From: Cirrosporium novae-zelandiae
Taxonomy: Eukaryota
Length of the DNA stretch: 64,000 nt
Assembly (NCBI GenBank): GCA_026023565.1
Contig: JAPETS010000055.1
Span: 62,001 to 126,000, forward strand
Direction: 5' to 3'
Shown: one piece after another, positions 1 through 13,705 of the stretch
Layout: each line of letters opens with the position of its first letter
How positions within the stretch are numbered: position 1 is the stretch's first letter
Translations under genes and position numbers: made by a program
Notes under the pieces: model-generated
What the model was told of the DNA's origin: nothing
What the model saw: the letters and a program-made list of their open reading frames with translations, nothing else
Databases searched by the model: none

Positions 1-689
1 TTACGGCCCCAGAAGGCCGGGGATGCGGGGGACATTTCCTAATGAATTGATAAGTCCCAGAGAGAGATGCTTGCAAATTCGATTCAATCGTTGACGGATA
101 AATGATTAGGATGAAGGTGAAGGTTTGGTGGGGCAATGAATACTAGCTGCATATTTTGGCGTCATGTCACCACTTTTACTCTTACCTCATCGCTTCTAAT
201 GTACGAATGCCTGTATCTCCACCTTCTTCCAAAGCTACAGTTAAGAGATAACGGAAATAGAGAGAGGCTGGGAGGGAAGATCCAGGTTAGGAAGCTCTTG
301 ATCCAGCTGGAAAGTCTAGAGATCTGAGATCAGACGCATATTCATCATCAGGTTAAAAGAAGCTTAAGAAATACTTAATCTGGCTTCCTACTTTGGTTAC
401 GACGTCACTATTCAAGGCTTTGAGTTGTTGGTGGAATGGTGGCAGTGTGTTAAGCCGAAATAGGACCGTGAACTGGAGATGCCGGATCATACAGTAATAA
501 AAGCGTTTAGTGATTAAGGAATCGGCATTGCTGCCTGTTGCAGATTGGATCAACTATATATTCTCAATTACCGACGCCTGCTTTGACAGTACTATCCAGA
601 AACTCGAAGAGAAAGTCAAGCAAAATCGCTGTTGGGTAGTACCATCATAATAATGTCAAAAAACTGCTTTGGGATATCTTCGTCTGACC

Positions 690-1967
690 CTAGCGCTGTG
701 CATCTACAAGAATCTTAACGTGGTTGGCCTTGTCATTAATTAGTGTTTTGAACCCCTTTTCTTCCACTTCGTCCATACTGATTCTCGCTGTGATCATGGG
801 TTCTGGGTTTAATTTCCCTAACACTAAAGTCAGTATGCGTTCCTATTAGAAAACGATATCAAAAACGCCTTACCTTCGGAAATAGCTTGCACCACCTCCC
901 TGAAATCTTGATGGAGGTACGTTGCGATACCCATATAATGAAGTTCACGATAGACGAACTGGTTCATATCCACATAGGCTGGTCTGGGCCAGATGGCCAC
1001 ATTGACAACTGTCCCTCTTGTCTTCACAGCTGCGAATGCTTGATTGAGACCTGGTTGAACTCCAGCGGCATCAAACGCAATTTCGGCTCCATCTCCTCCA
1101 GTCGCTTCCTTGACCTTTGCAACAACATCATCCTTTGATGGATCTAACACTAGCATGGCACCAAATTCTTTGGCGAATTTCTGTCGACGAGCAGCCATTT
1201 CCGATACAATAATCTTGGTTGCTCCTTTGGCCTTTAGTGATTGTATAAGGGCAAGTCCGATGGGTCCAGCACCGAGGACCAGAACCGTATCCGTAGGTTG
1301 GAAAGGACTTAGATCTATACTGTGCCATGCTACCGCCAGTGGCTCAACAACAGCTTTAAAAATTGAGTTAGCTGATTGTTGAATGGAAAAATCATGAGAA
1401 AATACCTCCAAAGTCAAGTGGAACATCGCCTAATGGTATGAGATGTCGTGGAGGACAGACTAGATGTTGAGCCATCCCACCTCCCCAACCTAGTGTAGCA
1501 TATTAGCAGGTTATAGTAGTAAAAACTTTCTTCCCACATACCGGTCAACCCGTAGAAACCATTATCTTCGCAATCGTTAAATAGTCCTCTCTTGCATGCT
1601 GGGCACTTTCCACACCACTGGATGGGAAACACCGCGACGTTTTGTCCAACTTTAAATCCCTCAACACCTGCACCAATTTCTTCAATGGTTCCACTGAACT
1701 CATGGCCTAATACAACGGGAACCTTCTCGCCAGTAATGCCGTGTGGTTTCGTCGGACATATATTTGCGCCATCATGGTATTCGTGAAGATCTGTCCCGCA
1801 AATTCCGGCAAAGCCTGGCTTAAGCTAAAATTGGGATGAAGAGTCAGCGATGTTTTCGCATTTGATATTTGAGCAATCGATACCTTGACAAGTCCTGGGC
1901 CACACTTTGGCTCCTCAATCTCTTCAACCCGGATGTCTTCCTTTCCGTAATACCTGACAGCCTTCAT
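690..1967 (-). CDS. Zn-dependent medium-chain alcohol dehydrogenase (2,3-butanediol dehydrogenase-like), multi-exon
   Basis: Joined ORF pieces give MKAVRYYGKEDIRVEE, GICGTDLHEY, GHE, the structural Zn motif CGKCPACKRGLFNDC, GAGPIG and the C-terminus HVKILVDAQR* (stop 690-692). GT-AG introns, e.g. 818-873. Confidence 0.92.
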
Positions 1968-3228
1968 TTTTAATAATCTCTATTCGAATACAAAATATTG
2001 AAGTAATGTTTTCAATTGTCGCACTGTTCCGTGGGTGGCTTTCCTAGAGAATATCAGAAGCTCCTGTGCAGAGGTCATAGCGCATGTATATATACATATG
2101 GGGTGAATGACAGGACGAAGGGGCAACCTTCTACTCGTGGAATCATCAACGGAAAAAAAAGGAGGAGCGAATCCCTGTGGGCCGGGGAATAACCCGAATT
2201 GTACATGGGGGGTATCATTTTACATGCTTCACCTTCAATACTCGTCGTCTCACGACTTTATCACACGAGATCCAGTCAAATAGACGTTTGACGGAAGATT
2301 GAAAGTACACGGCGGATGGTCGACATCGAACCACTCTCGATGATTACGGCAACCCCGCACTTCAACTGAAAGATCAACAACCCCGGATTCTTAGATATCT
2401 GAGAAGGGGAAGTTCTCCTCGTTGATCTCTGCAGACATGAATAGGACAAGGATTATATTAACATGGGCATTATAATCCTTGAACATTTTCTTTAGCAGGT
2501 CCAGTAAGAAATCAAGAACAATCAATATAGAAAAGAGGAGGAAAATAGGAAGAAAATAGATCGGATGAGGGAATATAGCCGTCGTGTCCAGCCATCCCGC
2601 GCAGCTTTGTCAAATCGATTACCCGGAACAGTCTGGCCACCATCAGAATTGATTCATGTGAGGGTCACGGAGCTTTCATATTCCACCAAAAATCAATATA
2701 GCGAGTAAGGTCCGGGATATTTTGGAACCAAGCAGGTAGTTGTACGTGAAAATATGTGTACTTAACGAATGATTGGTGCAAAAGGTCTTGTATGGGTTAA
2801 ACATTCTCAAAGTTCCCCCCACGAATTTCTCTGGACCCCACGTTGCCTCAGGAAACAATCTCTTGTATTCTTTGCCCAATTAGGAAGGTGGGGTGTTTTG
2901 ACCAAGCCCTAACTCAGAGAGGGGTTGTTAGCATCTTCGGAGCTGCGCGGAACTCTCAGAGCTGTCCTGATAATACAATAGATAAAGGCATACCCATTTC
3001 TCATCAACTTCAGTGAAACAGACCGTTTCCAAAGTATGCCTATCCACTAAAAAGCAGTACTGCTAATCAACCTCAATGTAGTTCCCCACTGTCGGATCCT
3101 CCGACGGCGAGTTGCATGTCAAAGGAGCTGTCTCAACTGTCTATCTAGACAATTGATATTTCTTTTGTTGTCTCAACTTATTTTCTTTATTTGCTGTTAA
3201 TTGGATTGTTTCAACTTACCAAGTTAAC

Positions 3229-5033
3229 ATGGGAGATAATGTACACCAAGTCGATGTCCTGGTCGTAGGTGGAGGACCAGTTGGTATGAACGTAATTCAT
3301 TACAGTTATATCAATTGAGCTCTCATTCCTAACAGCTCCCAGGTCTCGTCACAGCTTACCAGCTTGCACGTTTTGGTGGCGTATCCGTTCAAATAATCGA
3401 AAAACATCCCAAATCTAGCCAAGACAACTATGGCCGAGCCATTACCCTCTACCCCCGCTCCTCTGAAATGCTAGATCAGCTAGGTCTGGCAGAAGATCTT
3501 GCCCAAGAGTGCTTCGCCTGTCGCACCGGAACCACATACGACAAAGATGGAAAAGCTGCCAAAGGTAGAGGATGGAGTTTTCTGGAGAATATGGAAGATA
3601 CATTTTGGGACTTTGCGCTTGTGCTCCGTCAGAAATATCAGGAAGAAATATTCCGCAAGCATCTGAAAAAACTTGGCATGGTGCTTCAAGCTCCTTCCGA
3701 ACTTACCTCTATATCCATCGACGATACCCTTCCCTTTGGTGCTCCCAAAATCACTATTAGCATTCTAGACCGTCTCACGTCTACCACTCGCACCGTAAAA
3801 TGTAAATTCTTAATCGGCGCTGACGGAGGGCGCTCCTTCGTTCGCCGTACCATGTCCATTCCGTTCGAAGGCGATACCTCCGAAGACAAATGGGTACGCG
3901 TGGATGGTCACCTCACGACCAATATGCCCAGTCCACGGGGATACCGCTCTATCGAATCCCCAACGCATGGAAACGTTTTATGGGCAGCTCTTGACCACGG
4001 CGCCACACGTATTGGCTATGCATTCACCCCAGAGCGGCAAGCAGCCTACAAGACTTTTGACGAGGAGGCTGCTGTTAAGGAAGCTATCGCTGCGTGTGCG
4101 CCCTTTGAAGTCACATTCCAGAAAGTCGATTGGTACACCGTATACGCCGTAGGCCAGAGAATCGCACGTTCGTTTTTCGTAAACAATTGTGTCTTTCTCG
4201 CTGGCGATGCATGTCATACACACTCCTCGGGTGCCGCGCAGGGTATGAATACCGGTCTACACGACACTATCAACCTTTCCTGGAAACTATCCCTCGTCCT
4301 TCGCGGTCTAGCACTAGAATCCCTTCTGTACACCTACGAATCCGAACGACGACCCAACGTCCAAAAGCTAATTGACTACGACCGCTCCATCTCAGAGCTA
4401 ATGACAATGCGAATCCCCGAATCCCTAAAAACATGGATGAAGGTCGAAGACGACGAAGATCCAAACATTGTCCTCGGTCGCGTGTTCGAAGAGAGTAGGG
4501 GTTTCAACACCGGCCTCGGAATTTCATATACGCCCAACATCCTAAATATAAGCACCTCAAAAGAAAAACCCACAACCGCCTATCCCTTAACCGTCCCCCC
4601 AGGCCACCGCCTCCCCGACATCTCCCTCTCCAGCCCCGGCACCCTCGCCCCAACTCGCCTCTACACCCTCCTCCCAAACACCTGCACCTTCACTATCATC
4701 CTCCTGCTCCCCTCCCCTCCAGCCCCAAAATCATATTTCTCCCTACACGCTTGCCCCCTAACATCAAAGCCAAACCTCCCAATCCGCTGGCTCACAATCG
4801 TGAGAGGGAAAAGCGAATGTCCCTATGAAATTCTGGATGGTGAACCACTAGGGGTGGTGGCGTTTGATATTGAGGGAAAAGGGTTGGCGAGATTTGGGAT
4901 TGATGGTGAAAAGGGCGCTTGTGTAGTGGTGCGACCGGACGGGTGGATCGGCGCAGCATGGGAGTTGGATTCAGGGTTTGGTATTGGGGAACTACTAGAG
5001 AGGTATTTTCGGGATGTGTTGATTGGGGTTTGA
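3229..5033 (+). CDS. FAD-dependent monooxygenase (phenol hydroxylase/FAD_binding_3 family)
   Basis: Exon 1 MGDNVHQVDVLVVGGGPVG (GxGxxG completed across intron 3284-3342), DG motif IGADGGRS, GD motif LAGDACHTHSSGAAQGMNTG, C-terminal VVVRPDGWI. Probable 5'UTR intron at 3034-3081. Confidence 0.93.
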
Positions 5034-5177
5034 GTTTTATTTTGTTATTTGGGACATGTCTATGTAAATTTAGAGATGAGATAGTTTCATCACATAAGTA
5101 GGTAGGTAGATGTGTCCCATAGATCTGGAATTAGTTTTGAACTTACTAAGGCTTACTCGCAGAAAGAGGGAGAGAGC

Positions 5178-5202
5178 GTGTGTGTGTGTGTGTGTGTGTG
5201 TG
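5178..5202. repeat. (GT)n microsatellite
   Basis: Perfect GT run visible in the sequence. Confidence 0.9.
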
Positions 5203-5754
5203 CGAGCGCGTGCATGTGTATATATCATAAATAAAAGTAATTAAATAATTATAGTATTCTATTGATTTTCAAATTTATAACTTTCAAAAAAATTAAATTA
5301 TCTTCAACTTTTTTGTTCCTTTGTTTTCTCTCTCTCTCTATTTCTCCCTTGAACGATATTTATCGATTCCTATTCCATTATCTTAGTCTTTTGCCTTTGT
5401 TTTACTTTATTTTATTTTCATTCCTAGAAAACTAACTGCCTATATCTAGTTGAAAAACATAACCTAACTGAGTGGTGGTGGTGGTATATCCGATCTAATC
5501 CGATATGATTTGATTTGATAGCTAACTGTGGCTAGCATTTTTTGAATTTTGAATTTTGAATTACCAACTGGGTTCGTGTTCGCGTCGTCGCAAGTAGAAT
5601 GTGATATGATATAATGTGATTTACCTATTATTAATTAGTCTATATAGATTTATATATCCGTCAAGTTCAGTTCTTTGCTGTATCGTTTACTGAGAACAAT
5701 CTCGTGAGAAGACGGCTCTTCTTCTCCCACAAAGCCTCCGTATTTACAAACTTT

Positions 5755-8700
5755 TCAAGTCCTCCAAAAGCACGAAATCAAAACCGTCTTCCCCAAGAAG
5801 CAGAGACATCCCATAAAGCGTACCACAAAAGTTGCAGATGTAGCCCACATCCAAATACGAAAGAACCAGATTTTGTGGTGGTATGAATCACCCTAATTAA
5901 AAATAGATTTTTTCATTAGTGAGGGAAGGGGAATTCGACCACGACCGCAGGTGGTTTTATTTTGGGATATTAAGATGGGATTCACTACTCACTAGGAATT
6001 TTAAGCCATCAAAGCTGTCATTCATAACAAAGATGCAGAGCAGGAAGTTTGAGAAGATATACACGGCTATCAAGCGTGTTCTGAACGTCTTGAATGATTC
6101 TTCGAGGCTTCGCCTACTTTGGTAGTAGTCTACTTTGGGTTTTTTGTATGGGACGAGAGCCCTCTGTACTGTTGCTTCAAACAGGGTGTCGATATCCTGT
6201 TGGTAGGGTTCCAGTTCGTCAGATACATTGACGGGGGCCTGACTTGAAGCAGCCGTGGGAGCTTTCCGTAAAAGTGCTGATGGTAGCAATTCAACCACTT
6301 TAGACGAGTCCTCGGGCTTCTCTCCCCATGATACATCATGCCAATTGCTGAAGGCGTAGATGTTGAGTATGTTTGTGTAACTTGAAGCCACAAAGAGATA
6401 CTGCGGGTAACTTGTAAACATGTGCCATGGGTCCAAGGACAAAAAGGAGGCTGCGTAGTAAACGCCAAAGACTGATCCACAGGTGATCAGAACGGTCCAA
6501 TCCCCGATCGAGGAATAGAATGCCTGAACATAGTTGTAGTCACTCCCGGTTCCGTCTAGCGCACCGCTCTTGAAGATGAGAATCATCAGGTAGAGAACAT
6601 TTAGAATAAAGTACAATTGAATGAATCCAAATATCACAAACGACGCAAAGTATCCCCAGAATTCGCACTTTGCTTTGTTGCCCATCGCCATGATAAATTG
6701 AAGTACCGTTATGGAAATATAGAGGGTTTGGACAACAGCGTTGAAAATTGGCGTGGCATTGCCGAATGGGAATGGCCGTATTGTGGAATCAGCGGGCGGA
6801 GAGCTAGATATATCTGTGAGGATGAAGGTCGAAAGAAGAAATCCGGCAATCCCGAACCAAGATAAAATCAGAGAGACGACGTTGTATAGCAACTGAAAAT
6901 GGAGGAGCGCCATTCTAAAGATATTGTGGCCCGATAGATAGATTCGCCAAAAATGAATGAGCGAATATACGGTCGCAGCAAACGCTCCATTCAGCCATCG
7001 TCTTCGTTGTGTGATAAACGCTATCATTCCGTCTGGAATATCGGTCTCGGCTTTGGCTTGTTTTACATACTGTGTGTGCCACTTCGCACCTGGTTTCATG
7101 ATAAGCTCAAAGCTTAAAATACGGTCTTCCGCAAGAAACATATTTCGCATAAATGCGTTCATGCCAATGATTCCCTTGTTTCCAAGCCTGTCCAAAAGGG
7201 TAGGATCCCCTTGGAAATACTGCTCAAGTGGTCTTCCCAAGATTGCTCGAAAGCGGTAGGCCGAAAACGCACCTGGTAATACTGTAAGATACCCAAATGT
7301 TGCCTCCAAAGGCTTGTCGAGTATACAGCTGGTTTTGTACTCGAAATTTTGAGCAGCAACAAGAGGCTTGATCAGGTTCCCGTAGTACTTGCCAAGAAAT
7401 GGATAGATCTCGCCACAGCAACCCCCGAGGTCTTTGTCATTATAAAACGCTTTCCAGAGATGTAGCAGAGCCTTCTCTCGTGGTCGAGTTCCTACATCCA
7501 AGGATATCACAACCTCGGGATTCAAAATCCGTCCGAAAGCATTGAAGAGCCAGCCTGCCCGGGAATCCGTCAGCATAGCATATAGAATAGGGGGTATTCC
7601 AGAAGCTTCAAAATGTTTGGCGGCTCCATTGAAACTCGAAGAGAATTTTAGTAGCTTTACTAATCTCTGTGATCGGGCTGTGTAGACAGAGATCTTGGGA
7701 GCTTACGGTGACTGTTGATCTTTTTGCTGTTTTTCTGCTTCAAACAGAGAATCATCTGCACCGGCGGAAGGGTATCTCTTTCATCACCTCGAGGTAAGAT
7801 GAGCTTCTGATCAGAAGTTATCGATAACTGGGTAGAGAATTCGAATATATGCGCCACCGTTTCTTTCCCGTCTACGTCCTTTATCATCACGCCGTCCTGA
7901 TACAATCCAATCGTTGCTAGGACATCAAGAACGCCTTTATCACACGGTTCAACGCCATCCATCAATAGGCAAACAACTACTTTCTGCCAAGCCGGCCCGC
8001 CCCTATTCCAGAACTCAGACCTCCTAACATTGACAATATCGCGAGTATTTTTCATAATACTGTGAAGCGTGCGAGCAAACATAAATTTGTCTTCGTTGTA
8101 GTATGTGACTGCTATGATAAGCTCGGAGTGTCGGTTATACATAGCAGAACGAAGATTGTAACCGTTCTTGAGAGTGAAATCATTTGGGTCGCAAGTGGCC
8201 GCAGTATCTGCAAGTAATGTTAGCTTTGGACTGGCTGTGCAGCAGTTTTCATTCTAGGAATGCTTCAAAGAGGTCTTCACATCTCATATGGGTAAACTCC
8301 TCGTTACCCGTTTCCAAGTCGTTCCTATATTTCGTTTGCAAAGAATTCCGGATAGCCGCAGGCACTGGATAATCAACGGAAAGGACTGATCCTTGCACGA
8401 ACTTGACTCTCCTTGTAGCATAGCGCCTCGGCCCACCCGCGCCTCTTGATTGTCGCTGGGCCCAGCTTTCCGTTTCACTCCTCTCATTCTCAGAGTGGGC
8501 GGGATTGGTTTGTGTCCTTATGTATTGTAACTCAGAGCTACTAGTGTGGTCCCAAGAATTCGACCTATGTCTATCACTTTGGAGGTGTGAAGTATGATGA
8601 TACGAGAGCGATACAGGTATTGCAGGATCGGAGGGGTCTCCTAACGAAGCTAGCAAAGGACTTTCCGAATCATCTCTAGATGGATCCTCTCTCGAATTTG

Positions 8701-8755
8701 GCCTCGATAAAGTGTCGCGCGCTAGCTGAGAGGTCGAGAGATCTATATCTTCCAA
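5755..8755 (-). CDS. Chitin synthase, class III-like (divergent paralog), 4 exons
   Basis: [62 protein letters not shown]. Introns 8208-8280, 7555-7706 and 5893-5992 restore the frame; last exon [11 protein letters not shown]...CFWRT* (stop 5755-5757). Confidence 0.93.
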
Positions 8756-11700
8756 TTCATGAGAACCTTCGGATCTGGCGTAAGCTGCTTGTACCTGCGG
8801 AGATAGAGCTTGATGGCTCTGGCCTTGTGATTGACTTGGCCGCTGCTATTCGCATTATTCGTGTTAGCGTCTCAATGTAGCTTGCGATGCTAGAAAAATC
8901 AAACCTACAAGATGGTAAGACATGCTCAATGCTTTGACATCTAAAACTCACAGATCATCGGTCGGTGCTAGCAAATTCGAGAGAAGAGACATGCTTTCGC
9001 ATGGAGCGACAAGGCTGCCTTATGTTGGAGCACATGGAGATTTTCATTTGGCCCTAGTGCACAAAGTCAAGGGTATTGAACAGTGGCTTGGAAAATGTCT
9101 TGTCCAACGGAGATACATGAACTCGGCGAGTCGGTGAAACAGCCATTTGTCGTATCAAGCCTGGTCTCTGATACTCAGCCTTGCTGAGTTGCCCCTCAGG
9201 TAATGTGAAGGTGTAGTAGTGGACAGGGTATTTTGCTGCGAGAGGACTTGAATTGCTTCGGGAAGACAACCACACAAACAAGGTAAAGTAATGATATAAT
9301 GCATCCAAAATTCGAACAGCTGTACTTTAGTATTTAGATAAGGACAGGGTTACATGACTAAGGAAAAAGGAATGCTATTCTCTCAATGCGCAGCAAGCTC
9401 CAAGAACTGAAATAATTAAAAATATGATGTCCTAAAGAATGTGTACCCATTCTATAAACTCAGGTCGCAATTCTTAATCGAAAGTAGAGATACGGCATGG
9501 ATCAGTAATTGATTTGGATAGCTGACGAGACAAAGCATGAAGAGAGAAATCTAGATTGGTATTAATTATGGTATTGCAAGCGTTATTGTTTCTGGACGTA
9601 GAATTTGCTACTAGTGGCACCATAGCTAATTTCCTAGGTAAGCATAAATACATCCTTAGTCGAAGAAAGTTCAAACAAAAACCTTTCATTTTCCTTCCTT
9701 TCTGCACCAGAGTTCCGTATGCATATGTACTATTATTGTATGCATTTTTAACTTTTATACCGCTTAAAAATGGCTACCCCACTATACCACCCAGATTTCA
9801 TCCCAACCAAGCCCCAAACTCCCCCGATCAACCCGATTCAAACAACTCAACCCAATAATCCTTCCTAATCAGCTATCGACTCAGGATTCTTAGTATATCC
9901 TAGTTCATCCTATTCACATCCACATCCACATTCACATTCACATTCACATTCACATCCATCACATCTAGTCTATCCCCAATCCAACCCAACCAGGACATAA
10001 GGGATAGAATTAATTAATTAATTAACAGAATGGATGAATGAACGGGCTTATCTAGGATAATATACTTAGGTAGATAAGATAAGCTAGATACTGTGTATAT
10101 ATACATATGTATGCATGAAGCGGTGTTAAGCGTAGCGCAGTTGGCGGCAGTCTAGTAATGAAAATGAGTCGAATTAAAATAAAAGGAAATGAACGCTTAT
10201 TTATATAGTTAGAGAGTAGGTTTTTGATTTGGGGGTCTCGTTTGGGGTGGGATATCGGCTGATGGACAGGCGGCTGCTTGTGAGTCTGGGCCAATAGAGT
10301 CTGTATTGTGAGACGGTTGGAAATGTATTCATGGCGGCGAGGAGATTTTTATAAGGGGGCAGGTGGGTTCTATATAGATTAGCAGAGAAGAAGTTGTAAT
10401 AATTATAAAGATGAAGATATTATTGTATTCTGTAGAGGGGGGAGCATATCATATCCTAATACTAAATAATTCTAAATGAAGTTCTTATGTAAGGCGGATC
10501 AAAGCGTTGGAATTGTTGTTGATATGTGAGTCGCTTTTTTTGCAGCTAGGAGACATGAGCTTGCGCACTATGGACATCCGGGTAGGAAAAGGTGTTCTTG
10601 ATCTTATTGTATGGATTGTAGCGAGTCTTTGACCGGTGAAAACTAGGGGGTGGGAGTCATGAGATTTTTACTTTTGTTTTTTTGGGGGAGATTTCCCCGA
10701 AATGGTAGCAACACCAATTTACCCATGGGCATCTATGGATTGTCGAGCGTAGCACTTGAGAGAGTACACTGCCCGTTGGATGTCGTCTGAATGTGGAAAT
10801 GATAGAAAGCATCGATAGTGGCTATCTCAGCTGCGATTGCCGGTCTCATGTTCTGCTGAAAAAAAAGTTCTAGGAATATTGCGATTATATGCCTGATCGC
10901 ATTTTTCCAGTGTTAAAATTACCATAGTATGCATCTTCGGTAGTTTTCACCCTCTCCCTCTCTTTTAGGCAAGAAGTGAAAGGAGGTGAGTGGCAAATCA
11001 TTTTACCTCCTTTGGAGATGGATGAGACAGCGATGGGCGCGTCAGGATTCACAATTTAAACATCGTTGGAAGAATAGATGGAATGACCATAGCCCGGATT
11101 GGAGCACATTGCGGTAGGGTTGGCATTGGGATTAGCCACATGTTTCTTGGGGCTTTGCTCAAAATAATTTTGGTGCAGGTTTCACAAAACACGCACACAC
11201 ATGGATCCATGATATAAGAGAAAGGAGATTATTTAAAGGAATCGATGAAATTCCTGCATTGGAATTGCCTCCTTGGCTAGATAAATGACAGCGAGGATAC
11301 AAGCCCAGAATAATCGAGAAGAGGAAGATTTTACCTAAAGCACGAAAAGAGAATGGCGCGGTTTCTCTGATGTAGCTATTTCCCCCCAATAGCATTATTC
11401 ATGCTAGTGACTGCTCCGTTGACATTCAATATTCAAGCATATAAAGTAAGAGAAGTAAATAAACACATAAGAAACCAAATATATAAATAAATTTAATTAT
11501 CCCGCTAGATAAAAGAAACGAGGGAGTTATTGTAGCTGAGTAAAACAAGGGATTGTAATTGTTCTAAAGAAGTTGTCCCCCGCAACAGTGATGGGCCTGG
11601 GGTTAAGTGAGCCACAAAATTATAATAGAATTCTAGAACAATGACCAGTATTGCTGCAATAGAAGAACTTGCGAGGAAAAAGAACCTGAGAGAGATGAAG

Positions 11701-12118
11701 AAGAAGATGATGATGGAGGAGTGAAAGATTGTGTGGAGAAGCTAGCACGTGGCTAGTTACTAGTGAAGTAAAAAATTGGCTAAGCACGTCAAGCTAAGCT
11801 AACCAACCACGTGCCAACCCCCTAGGCCCACCCTTAGCAGTAAGGTACATCCCCACATGCCCCAATAATGTCACCTGCTACAGTTGAGCTCCACCCAGGG
11901 AATTTGAGCTCCTCTGTCCACCTAACCGTTGAGAATAGTTGGTGGGCGTTTGGTTTTATATAGGACTATATGAATATAAATATAGATAATTTCAATGGAT
12001 GAATGAATGTATACAAGGTTTCAAATGTCTTATCAGATTACTAGAATGTATCTAGTAAATAGTATAGAATATCTATCCATTGATACAAATCTCCGACCCC
12101 CAATCACCAACCAACAGC

Positions 12119-13705
12119 CTAAAAGGCACTAGCATCCCATTCCCCCTCTGCCCTTCCCATGCCAACCTCCAAACAACATTCCTCCCTCTTCACAAACCTC
12201 CCCCACCCCTTCTCCCCTACAATTCCTCCCCCCTCCCGATCCCAAACAACCTTCCCCCTCAAGACCGTATACCTAGGCCAATTCGTAACCCTTCGGCCCT
12301 CAAATGGCGTGTAATCCACATCATGATGCAATATGTTACTTGTAATGGTAAAATTTTGTGATGAGGGATACCAGATCGTTAGATCTGCGTCTGAAACCCC
12401 GGGAATGAGGGCGCCTTTGGTGGGGTAGAGACCGTATAGTTTAGAGGGGTTGGTGGAAGTCAGGGCTACAAATTCGGTGAGGGTTAAGGGGTTTTTATTT
12501 TCGGGACCGGAGTTAGAGGGATCTGGAAAGCATAATGGTAATCTTGTTTCAACACCCGGACACCCGTTCGGGATTAATTTGAAGCGACCTTCCGGATACT
12601 CAGGGGAGATTGACGATTTTTTCCCCACGTTGGCGTCAGAATAAAGAAAGGGGCAATGGTCTGAGGAGAGAATGGCAAAAGTGTTATTTTTGAGACCGCG
12701 CCAGATTGCGGCGTGGTCGGCGGGACCGTCGCGGGGTGGTGGGGAGCAGACACATTTTGCGCCTTCGAAGCCAGGTTTTGCGAGGTCGGAGCGCGTGAGG
12801 AAGAGGTATTGAGGGCAGGTTTCGGCGAGAATTGGGAGACCTTTTGTCTGTGCGTCGCGGATGTAAGAGGCGGCGTCTGGGGCACTAACGTGGACGAGGA
12901 GGATTGGAGTTTGGATTAAGGTGGAGAGGGTTATGGCGCGGTGAGTTGCTTCAGCTTCGAGAAGAGGCGGCCGGGACGTGACGTGGTATTTTGGGGCAAA
13001 GAGGTTGCGGGATTCCAGCTGCGCGGTCATCCAGTTTAGCACGTCGCCGTTTTCGGCGTGGATCATGGTTGTGATGTTGTTTTTTCGGGCCGCTAGGAGC
13101 ACGTCTAGGATTTGGTTGTCGCGGAGTTGGAGGGCGTCGTAGGTCATGTAGATTTTTAAGCTGGAGATTCCTTCCTCTCGGAGGGTGGGAAATTCTGAGA
13201 GGGCTTTTGGGGTCGGATTCGAGATGAGTAAATGGAAAGAGTAGTCGCTGTAACATGTTCCCGAGGCTTTGGCGTGCGTCGCTTTCAGGGCTGAGAGGAG
13301 TGAGGTATCGGATTTTTCTTGCGGTGCAAAGGTTACGATTGTCGTGGTTCCACCTGCGATGGCGGAGCGAGATCCGCTTTCGTATGTATCTGCTGTCTTG
13401 CCTTTGCCGAAGAGGGAAGGCTCTTGGAGGTGGACATGGCAGTCAACCCCTCCGGGCTGAAAAGTAGTTAATATTGGTCCTTGAGAACAATGCCGGAGAC
13501 AAATTGGAAGGGCTGATGGCATTGATGAGCTTACCATGACATATCCACCTTCAGCATCAATTATTTTTTTTGTCTTTGCTTTTGCCAGAGATCCTGATGG
13601 CGCAAGCAAGGCGATTTTCCCATACTTGATGGCGATATCATAGTTAGCAATGTCTGAACTTGTCACGACAATTCCATTTGTTATTATCAAATCATACGAA
13701 TCCAT
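12119..13705 (-). CDS. Dihydropyrimidinase / hydantoinase (amidohydrolase superfamily)
   Basis: PGGVDCHVH (HxH), GGTTT, KIYMTY (carboxylated Lys), HAENG, VHVS, ETCPQYL and SSDHCPF are all intact. A 78-nt in-frame intron at 13457-13534 is read through in the ORF track. Confidence 0.93.
   Translation of the reverse strand: MDSYDLIITNGIVVTSSDIANYDIAIKYGKIALLAPSGSLAKAKTKKIIDAEGGYVMVSSSMPSALPICLRHCSQGPILTTFQPGGVDCHVHLQEPSLFGKGKTADTYESGSRSAIAGGTTTIVTFAPQEKSDTSLLSALKATHAKASGTCYSDYSFHLLISNPTPKALSEFPTLREEGISSLKIYMTYDALQLRDNQILDVLLAARKNNITTMIHAENGDVLNWMTAQLESRNLFAPKYHVTSRPPLLEAEATHRAITLSTLIQTPILLVHVSAPDAASYIRDAQTKGLPILAETCPQYLFLTRSDLAKPGFEGAKCVCSPPPRDGPADHAAIWRGLKNNTFAILSSDHCPFLYSDANVGKKSSISPEYPEGRFKLIPNGCPGVETRLPLCFPDPSNSGPENKNPLTLTEFVALTSTNPSKLYGLYPTKGALIPGVSDADLTIWYPSSQNFTITSNILHHDVDYTPFEGRRVTNWPRYTVLRGKVVWDREGGGIVGEKGWGRFVKREECCLEVGMGRAEGEWDASAF

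Noticed and set aside
690..8755. Secondary-metabolite cluster (dehydrogenase, monooxygenase, chitin synthase)
   Set aside because: No PKS, NRPS, terpene backbone gene or regulator in the window, although one could lie to the left of position 1.
11740..11830. Cluster of CACGTG and CTAG palindromes; similar TACCTAGGTA cluster near 60110-60170
   Set aside because: Short palindromic intergenic motifs recur throughout the window, with no terminal repeats or target-site duplication to support a mobile element.
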